Program-made: the position numbers and the translations under genes
In this document: positions 58,770-63,920 of the stretch, in pieces
How the letters are laid out: each line of letters starts with the position of its first letter
Position numbering within the stretch: the first letter of the stretch is position 1
The notes under the pieces: generated by a model
Databases searched by the model: none
Seen by the model: the letters and a program-made list of their open reading frames with translations, nothing else
What the model was told of the DNA's origin: nothing
Virus record (IMG/VR): IMGVR_UViG_2799112923_000001
DNA length: 64,000 nt
Source: a virus
Lineage: Duplodnaviria; Heunggongvirae; Uroviricota; Caudoviricetes
Reading direction: 5' to 3' (one strand)

Positions 58770-59228
58770 ATGGCAGTTGATAAAATAATTCAATGTTGCG
58801 AAAAAGCAATTAGAAATGGAACTAATCTCAAAGAACTATATACCAAATTTAAAGCATTGGTTGATGTGAATGGTGGGATTTTCTATTCACTTCAAATTAA
58901 GGGTAATTTACAGAATTCTCCAAATTTGTATGCTATTATAAAATTCAAAGAAGAAAATGATGGTTCTCGTTTAACTATTAATTCCCTTGATAAGTGTACG
59001 AAGTTTAAGTTCCAATATCTACCATCAGATTGGACATGTGAAAACAATCAGTTCTATCATCTATATGATATTGAAAGGGAAATAGAAAATTTAACAAAGA
59101 AGGGTTTAACATTTGAACAATTCAAAATGTTCTATTTGGGTTTAAATCGTGATTTGACCTGTTGCGAATTTTCCAAAGTGATTAAGCAACTGATTGCTCA
59201 GTTTAAACTACAAAAGGATTTCAAATAA
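58770..59228 (+). CDS. Hypothetical protein
   Basis: AAGGA RBS; 152 aa. Confidence 0.65.
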   Translation: MAVDKIIQCCEKAIRNGTNLKELYTKFKALVDVNGGIFYSLQIKGNLQNSPNLYAIIKFKEENDGSRLTINSLDKCTKFKFQYLPSDWTCENNQFYHLYDIEREIENLTKKGLTFEQFKMFYLGLNRDLTCCEFSKVIKQLIAQFKLQKDFK

Positions 59229-59268
59229 TTCTTCAGTATTCAAAAAAACTTTTTTGTTAAAATACCCA

Positions 59269-59413
59269 TTGACAATTAGAATTTTTAATACTATATTATA
59301 TCTCGTTAAATGATTGAGAACAACCATTAAACGAAAACAGAAAAAGAGAAGTTAAATGTAAAAAACATTTTACAAAACTACCTCTTGACAATGGATTGAA
59401 AAGAATCTATATT
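59269..59413 (+). promoter_or_regulatory. Tandem sigma70-type promoters P1/P2 of the tRNA operon
   Basis: TTGACA 59269/TATATT 59292 and TTGACA 59385/TATATT 59408 (both N17); box at 59357-59374. Confidence 0.88.
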
Positions 59414-59493
59414 AGTTCTCGTTGATTGGTTGAGTAATCAAGAAACAAATTTTGAAAAATAAAAATTATACATACAATATAGGAAAACAGAAA

Positions 59494-59625
59494 ATGATGT
59501 CTATTAAGAATCTACATAACATTTGCTCCGAACGAGATTGGCTCCGCGTCAATGCCAATTCAATGCAGGGTGCATTTGCAGGCATCGCCTTTATTGAATG
59601 TGGAGAGGGATTATATAGTCCGTAG
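59494..59625 (+). CDS. Putative 43-aa attenuator leader peptide
   Basis: AGGA RBS at 59481; MMSIKNLHNICSERDWLRVNANSMQGAFAGIAFIECGEGLYSP*; stop codon overlaps the antiterminator arm. Confidence 0.75.
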   Translation: MMSIKNLHNICSERDWLRVNANSMQGAFAGIAFIECGEGLYSP

Positions 59626-59689
59626 ATTTTATTTGTTTTTCCGGCGTAACAAATTAAATCCATTGGACTAAAATCCAATGGATTTTTTT
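59616..59689 (+). promoter_or_regulatory. Attenuator: mutually exclusive antiterminator (59616-59637:59648-59670) and terminator (59656-59667:59674-59685 + U run)
   Basis: TAGTCCGTAGATTTTATTTGTT is near-complementary to AACAAATTAAATCCATTGGACTA; perfect 12-bp stem AAATCCATTGGA/TCCAATGGATTT. Confidence 0.8.
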
Positions 59690-59700
59690 ATTACTCTTTT

Positions 59701-59737
59701 GCTGGTAAGCCAGTAGTGGAGAAACCACTTAAAAAAC
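59701..59737 (+). ncRNA. Double-hairpin RNA element, copy 1
   Basis: GCTGG-TAAG-CCAGT AGTGG-AGAAA-CCACT TAAAAAAC. Confidence 0.65.
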
Positions 59738-59744
59738 AAATTAT

Positions 59745-59819
59745 GGCCCTATCGTCTAGTTTTGGTTAGGACACAAGAATTTCACTCTTGAAACACCAGT
59801 TCAAATCTGGTTGGGGCTA
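59745..59819 (+). tRNA. tRNA-Glu(TTC)
   Basis: CAAGA-atTTCac-TCTTG anticodon arm; TTCAAAT T-loop. Confidence 0.9.
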
Positions 59820-59834
59820 CTAACAAACTAATAT

Positions 59835-59907
59835 GGTACTGTAGAATACTTGGTTAGTTCGCTGCCCTTTCAAGGCGGAAAAGAGAGTTCAAATCTCTCC
59901 AGTACTA
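59835..59907 (+). tRNA. tRNA-Glu(TTC)
   Basis: CTGCC-ctTTCaa-GGCGG. Confidence 0.9.
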
Positions 59908-59920
59908 CTAACAAATTAAT

Positions 59921-59994
59921 GGGTGTGTGGTGAAGTGGTTTAACACACCGGTCTGTCTAACCGGCATACGCGGGTCCGAATCCCGCCATACTCG
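59921..59994 (+). tRNA. tRNA-Asp(GTC)
   Basis: CCGGT-ctGTCta-ACCGG; G73. Confidence 0.9.
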
Positions 59995-60006
59995 CTAAAA
60001 CATTTT

Positions 60007-60080
60007 GGTTTCGTGGTGAAGTGGTCTAACACATTGGTCTGTCTAACCAACATTCGTGGGTTCAAATCCCACCGGAATCG
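60007..60080 (+). tRNA. tRNA-Asp(GTC)
   Basis: TTGGT-ctGTCta-ACCAA; G73. Confidence 0.9.
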
Positions 60081-60090
60081 TACAAATTAT

Positions 60091-60166
60091 GGGCTTGTAG
60101 TTCAGTCTTTGGTAGAACGCCGCACTTGCACTGCGGAGGTCATGGGTTCAAATCCCTTCAGGTCCA
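60091..60166 (+). tRNA. tRNA-Ala(TGC)
   Basis: CCGCA-ctTGCac-TGCGG; G3:U70. Confidence 0.92.
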
Positions 60167-60181
60167 CTACATACAAATTAT

Positions 60182-60254
60182 TCCACCTTAGATCAGTTGG
60201 TAGATCAGGGCACTGTTAATGCCTTAGTCCCAGGTCCGAGTCCTGGAGGTGGAG
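60182..60254 (+). tRNA. tRNA-Asn(GTT)
   Basis: GGGCA-ctGTTaa-TGCCT; G73. Confidence 0.9.
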
Positions 60255-60268
60255 CGAAAACAAAAAAT

Positions 60269-60305
60269 GGTGGTAATCCACTGGTGCTGGAAGCACCTTA
60301 AAAAC
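60269..60305 (+). ncRNA. Double-hairpin RNA element, copy 2
   Basis: GGTGG-TAAT-CCACT GGTGC-TGGAA-GCACC TTAAAAAC. Confidence 0.65.
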
Positions 60306-60308
60306 TTG

Positions 60309-60382
60309 GCCCTCTAATCCAAATCCAGTGATTGGACCGGACTGAAAATCCGAGAAGCTGCGGGCGGCACGCAGAGTGGGCA
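60309..60382 (+). tRNA. Atypical tRNA-Phe(GAA)
   Basis: CGGA-ctGAAaa-TCCG; T arm CTGCG-GGCGGCA-CGCAG (non-canonical loop). Confidence 0.7.
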
Positions 60383-60394
60383 CGAACAAATTAT

Positions 60395-60467
60395 TCCGGT
60401 ATAACTCAACTGGTAGAGTGTTTCCTTCATACGGAAAAAGTTGTAGGTTCAAATCCTACTACCGGGA
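60395..60467 (+). tRNA. tRNA-Met(CAT) (elongator; Ile2 not excluded)
   Basis: TTTCC-ttCATac-GGAAA. Confidence 0.8.
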
Positions 60468-60479
60468 CTAACAAATTAA

Positions 60480-60555
60480 CTCTCCTTCGCCTAGCTGGTT
60501 TATGGCACCTGTCTTACAAACAGGAACAACCTTGGTTCAAATCCAAGAGGGGAGA
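60480..60555 (+). tRNA. tRNA-Val(TAC)
   Basis: CCTGT-ctTACaa-ACAGG; A73. Confidence 0.85.
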
Positions 60556-60558
60556 TAC

Positions 60559-60629
60559 TGCCCATTGGTGTAATGGTAACACGGCTCGCTCTGACCGAGC
60601 AATCAGTAGTCCGAATCTATTATGGGCAA
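60559..60629 (+). tRNA. tRNA-Gln(CTG)
   Basis: GCTCG-ctCTGac-CGAGC; U1:A72. Confidence 0.88.
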
Positions 60630-60641
60630 CGAACAAATTAT

Positions 60642-60718
60642 CGGCAACTATCTCCTCGCTCTGATAAGGCGTTGAAAGAGTAAATGGTTACATGTAGGTT
60701 CAATCCCTATGTTGCCGA
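60642..60718 (+). tRNA. Atypical tRNA-Ile(GAT)-like RNA with no D arm at the normal position
   Basis: Acceptor CGGCAAC/GTTGCCG, CGCT-ctGATaa-GGCG, normal T arm, long 3' insertion. Confidence 0.7.
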
Positions 60719-60722
60719 CTAT

Positions 60723-60796
60723 CGCCCGGTGACGGAACTGGCATACGTGTCTGCCTTAGAAGCAGAATTTTGAGAGTTCAAATCTCTCCTGGGCGA
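60723..60796 (+). tRNA. tRNA-Leu(TAG), short variable loop
   Basis: TCTGC-ctTAGaa-GCAGA; A73. Confidence 0.88.
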
Positions 60797-60808
60797 CTAA
60801 ACATTTTT

Positions 60809-60893
60809 GGAGGTGTGGCAGAGCGGCTTATTGCGTCGGTCCTGAAAACCGAAGATGGTAAAACATCCGTGGGTTCAAATCCTACCACCTCTT
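60809..60893 (+). tRNA. tRNA-Ser(TGA)
   Basis: TCGGT-ccTGAaa-ACCGA; long variable arm; C33. Confidence 0.85.
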
Positions 60894-60901
60894 CTACTTA
60901 T

Positions 60902-60974
60902 ACTCTCGTAGGCTAACTGGATAAACCACTGGACTACGAATCCGGCATTGAAGGTTCAAATCCTTCCGAGAGTA
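60902..60974 (+). tRNA. tRNA-Arg(ACG)
   Basis: CTGGA-ctACGaa-TCCGG. Confidence 0.92.
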
Positions 60975-60988
60975 CGAACAAATTATTT

Positions 60989-61062
60989 GTGGCTATATCA
61001 TAGTCTGGTTAATGAGCCTGTTTACCAAACAGGTTACCTGGGTTCAAATCCCAGTAGCCACT
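60989..61062 (+). tRNA. tRNA-Gly(ACC)
   Basis: CCTGT-ttACCaa-ACAGG; U73. Confidence 0.82.
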
Positions 61063-61070
61063 TACCAAAT

Positions 61071-61159
61071 GCTTATGTGACCCGAGTCTGGCGAAGGGGG
61101 CGGTCTGCAAAACCGTTGTGTTTACAGCACCATCGTTGGTTCAAATCCAATCATAAGCT
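61071..61159 (+). tRNA. tRNA-Cys(GCA) with long variable arm
   Basis: GCGGT-ctGCAaa-ACCGT; U73. Confidence 0.85.
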
Positions 61160-61163
61160 CTAT

Positions 61164-61234
61164 ATCTCATTGGTGTAACGGCAGCATGGCTGGTTCCAAC
61201 CCAGTTGGTGGGGGTTCAAATCCTTCATGAGGTG
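61164..61234 (+). tRNA. tRNA-Trp(CCA)
   Basis: GCTGG-ttCCAac-CCAGT; G73. Confidence 0.88.
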
Positions 61235-61247
61235 CGAAAGTAAATAA

Positions 61248-61319
61248 GTCCTATTGGTGTAGCTGGAAACATGGCAGTCTTCCAAACTGGTGTCGCGGGT
61301 CCGAACCCCGCATAGGGCT
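61248..61319 (+). tRNA. tRNA-Gly(TCC)
   Basis: CAGT-ctTCCaa-ACTG; U73. Confidence 0.85.
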
Positions 61320-61338
61320 CTACAAACAAACTATCATC

Positions 61339-61412
61339 TCCGTATTAGTGTTAATTGGTTAGCACGCAAGTTTGTGGCACTTGTAGTCTGAGTTCAAATC
61401 TCAGATATGGAA
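61339..61412 (+). tRNA. tRNA-His(GTG)
   Basis: CAAGT-ttGTGgc-ACTTG; lacks encoded G-1/C73. Confidence 0.82.
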
Positions 61413-61415
61413 TAT

Positions 61416-61487
61416 ATCTCCGTATGTCAATGGTTAGACGAGCAGACTCTTAATCTGTGGATCTGGGTCCGAATCCCAGCGGGGGTA
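61416..61487 (+). tRNA. tRNA-Lys(CTT)
   Basis: GCAGA-ctCTTaa-TCTGT. Confidence 0.88.
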
Positions 61488-61501
61488 CGAACAAATTAAA
61501 T

Positions 61502-61574
61502 GGGCTTACATGTTCCTTGGAGGCGAATCTCCCTAGCACGGAGATTGTGATGGGTCCGATTCCCATTAGGTCCA
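61502..61574 (+). tRNA. tRNA-Ala(AGC)
   Basis: TCTCC-ctAGCac-GGAGA; G3:U70; weak D arm. Confidence 0.78.
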
Positions 61575-61583
61575 CGAAATCAT

Positions 61584-61613
61584 AACTGGTAAACTTTTGT
61601 TTACCAGTTTTTT
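61584..61613 (+). terminator. Terminator closing the tRNA operon
   Basis: AACTGGTAAAC-TTTT-GTTTACCAGTT followed by a T run. Confidence 0.85.
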
Positions 61614-61620
61614 GACGTTT

Positions 61621-61686
61621 TGTAACTTTCTTTTTACAATTATGGGTCAGTTATCTATTGACAAATACAGTATAAAATTCTATATT
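61621..61686 (+). promoter_or_regulatory. Early promoter with palindromic box variant
   Basis: TGTAAC-N6-TTTACA 61621-61638, TTGACA 61658, TATATT 61681. Confidence 0.85.
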
Positions 61687-61710
61687 ATTATAATAAAAAG
61701 AGAGGTAACT

Positions 61711-61938
61711 ATGAAATCCAATTTTACTTATCACAGCAACGCAAAATTTGAACTGAACATTCGTTTCAAGACTGTTGAAACAGCTCATGTGTTTGCGTGG
61801 GATTATAATTGCGAATGCCGCGACCACGCTGAAGATTGGGTTGATGTATGGCTGGATAAGAAATCCGACCTGAACAAATTCGTAAAAATCGTTATGAATG
61901 ACCCGGATGTTGAACACTTCTCTGTGAGCAAGTTCTAA
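61711..61938 (+). CDS. Early hypothetical protein
   Basis: AGAGGTAACT-ATG at 61711. Confidence 0.7.
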   Translation: MKSNFTYHSNAKFELNIRFKTVETAHVFAWDYNCECRDHAEDWVDVWLDKKSDLNKFVKIVMNDPDVEHFSVSKF

Positions 61939-62174
61939 TGAACGAAACTACTATCAAATTTATCATTCTCAATGTTATTAATGGTAAAGCCGTTCAAACT
62001 TGGTCTTTTGCTGACAAGGCCCATATCGTGTATTGTAAATCTCCCGAATGGGCTATGAAATTTGATACTATGGAAGATGCTCAAAAGAGAGTGGAATACC
62101 TGAAAAAGAATTTTCCTAGTCAAAAATTGACCGCTATGAAATTCACTAAAACTGTTACATACAAGGTAGGATAA
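61938..62174 (+). CDS. Early hypothetical protein
   Basis: TAATG coupling to the previous gene. Confidence 0.65.
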   Translation: MNETTIKFIILNVINGKAVQTWSFADKAHIVYCKSPEWAMKFDTMEDAQKRVEYLKKNFPSQKLTAMKFTKTVTYKVG

Positions 62175-62177
62175 ACT

Positions 62178-62447
62178 ATGAAAATTAGACCAGCATCAAG
62201 TTTTCTTGATTTAGATACAGCCATGAAAATGGTAAAAGAAATCAATACTCTAACAGAATTGAAGAATGAAATCACTACCGCTACCGATGGTTGGTTTAAT
62301 GCGGAAACTGTGACTTGCCTGGAACATGGTTATGATGACCGAACAGGTTGGAACACATATTTAATTTGTTGTGATTTTACCAATGGCAAATATAAGCAGC
62401 AGGCTGTGTTCTTTGCCGATAGCCCAATTTCCGATTTGAAGGAGTAA
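62178..62447 (+). CDS. Early hypothetical protein
   Basis: AGGA RBS. Confidence 0.65.
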   Translation: MKIRPASSFLDLDTAMKMVKEINTLTELKNEITTATDGWFNAETVTCLEHGYDDRTGWNTYLICCDFTNGKYKQQAVFFADSPISDLKE

Positions 62448-62450
62448 ATT

Positions 62451-62735
62451 ATGTGCGATGGTGCTATTGTTGGTTGTATTGCGTTTTGTTTCTTGATAAT
62501 TCTCGTTGGTGCATTTCTGTATGATACATACGGACCGAAACTAGACGATTTGCGAATTGTTGAATTAGAAAACGGAAAATACGCAGTTGAGAAGTATACA
62601 TTTTGTGGAATGGATGAAACAGGCACAGATGAATGGGTACGAATAAAAGAATTTAATTCTTTGAAGAAAGCCCAACAGTACAAACAACTTAAAACTCCCA
62701 AAGAAGAAACAAAAATTAAACGAGTAATCAAGTAA
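62451..62735 (+). CDS. Membrane-anchored hypothetical protein
   Basis: N-terminal hydrophobic helix; AAGGAG RBS. Confidence 0.65.
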   Translation: MCDGAIVGCIAFCFLIILVGAFLYDTYGPKLDDLRIVELENGKYAVEKYTFCGMDETGTDEWVRIKEFNSLKKAQQYKQLKTPKEETKIKRVIK

Positions 62736-62745
62736 GGAGAAAAAT

Positions 62746-62985
62746 ATGATTGGATTGATTATTTCTTTTATATTGTTTGGTGTTATCGTTTGGGGCTGTA
62801 TTGCCCGACAACATTCAACTACTAGACTTGTTCTTTCTTACATTCAAGAAGGTTTGGCTGTGGCTATGGCATTTATTCAGGTCGGCTGGGGCAACTATTT
62901 CTGTTGTTTGTGCGATGTTGCTATCGCAGGTCTAGCCATTTATTACATTCTCAAACAACATAATCCAAGTTCGGAAAGGAGATAA
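62746..62985 (+). CDS. Small multi-pass membrane protein
   Basis: About 3 hydrophobic segments; AAGGAG RBS. Confidence 0.65.
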   Translation: MIGLIISFILFGVIVWGCIARQHSTTRLVLSYIQEGLAVAMAFIQVGWGNYFCCLCDVAIAGLAIYYILKQHNPSSERR

Positions 62986-62987
62986 AT

Positions 62988-63230
62988 ATGATGATTACCA
63001 TTTTGACTATTATTTTGCTAACACTAATTTTCACCGAATTTTTTCTCTTTAAGAAGAAAGAAGCTCGTTATTGGATAAATCTGGTAGAAGTAATAATCGC
63101 AACATTTTTGAGTGGTTATTATTTCCACGAAAATGATATTTTGGGAACTGTGTGTAATTTTGTGGTTAGTCTGATGGCAATATGTTATGTTATCTGTTAT
63201 ACGATATGCGGGGAAGATGATGTCCATTGA
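62988..63230 (+). CDS. Small multi-pass membrane protein
   Basis: About 3 hydrophobic segments; AAGGAG RBS. Confidence 0.65.
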   Translation: MMITILTIILLTLIFTEFFLFKKKEARYWINLVEVIIATFLSGYYFHENDILGTVCNFVVSLMAICYVICYTICGEDDVH

Positions 63231-63456
63231 GTGTTTCTTTTCAGTACTTAATTTAGTTCTATTTGGTGTTATTTTATCCAAATTCTTCTTTATTAAGAAC
63301 TATCCTGTACTTGTAAGTTTTTGTGTAGCCCAACTTATATTGTCAGCTATCATTATGGTTTATGATGTAGCAGTTAATAATTTGTTTGGTGCGATTTTAG
63401 ATTTGGTTGTTTTAATGCTGGCTATCTTTGAAATACAAACTATAAAGGAGAAATAA
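63217..63456 (+). CDS. Small multi-pass membrane protein
   Basis: About 3 hydrophobic segments; start uncertain. Confidence 0.6.
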   Translation: MMSIECFFSVLNLVLFGVILSKFFFIKNYPVLVSFCVAQLILSAIIMVYDVAVNNLFGAILDLVVLMLAIFEIQTIKEK

Positions 63457-63671
63457 TGCTCAACTTGCCGGGACCATTTCCACCACCAGTCATTCCACCA
63501 GTTTATTATATCCCAGATGAAGATGATGTAGATTTTCCCAGTTGGAAGGATGCTTCCATTGGGATGAAAATCTATCTTTGCTTTTTATATGGTTTACTCG
63601 GTTTAGCCGGTATTGGAACTTTACTTTTAATTTGTTTAACTATTAAAGTTGTTATTGAAACATTTAACTAA
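63456..63671 (+). CDS. Small membrane protein with Pro-rich N-terminus
   Basis: PGPFPPPVIPP followed by a TM helix; AAGGAG RBS. Confidence 0.65.
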   Translation: MLNLPGPFPPPVIPPVYYIPDEDDVDFPSWKDASIGMKIYLCFLYGLLGLAGIGTLLLICLTIKVVIETFN

Positions 63672-63680
63672 GGAGAACTT

Positions 63681-63920
63681 ATGTTTAATATCTTAATGGG
63701 TATCGCAGTTATAGTAGGTATGCTATCAGCTATCGCATATCTAGTAGTTATGTTTAAACATCGTGGAAATCCAACTTATGATTCTACTGTAACACTAATG
63801 GGTCTCTCAGTTCTAGCCTTTATTGGTTGTTTATCTGCTCAGGCTTGGATGGGTGTAATTTGTTGGATTATCTGTTTTTGTACGCAGCTATATACATTCA
63901 TTAGAATTGGTAAAGATTAA
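63681..63920 (+). CDS. Small multi-pass membrane protein
   Basis: About 3 hydrophobic segments; AAGGAG RBS. Confidence 0.65.
   Translation: MFNILMGIAVIVGMLSAIAYLVVMFKHRGNPTYDSTVTLMGLSVLAFIGCLSAQAWMGVICWIICFCTQLYTFIRIGKD

Noticed and set aside
59466-59678. 70-aa minus-strand ORF over the leader
   Set aside because: Antisense to two strong promoters and has no RBS; the plus-strand 43-codon ORF has an RBS and fits the RNA structure.
60809-60893. Reading this gene as tRNA-Phe (ctGAAaa)
   Set aside because: Stem pairing TCGGT/ACCGA centres TGA, and the long variable arm fits Ser.
60013-61178. ORFs 60013, 60216, 60332 and 60948 in the track
   Set aside because: They overlap clear tRNA cloverleaves and lack RBSs; spurious.
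59649-61498. Regularly spaced repeats suggesting a CRISPR array
   Set aside because: The repeat is only 8-9 nt and the intervening sequences are tRNAs; no cas genes are visible.
4879-61638. Calling the palindromic box a true TyrR site and inferring an enterobacterial host
   Set aside because: A consensus match alone does not identify the binding protein, and nothing else in the window fixes the host.
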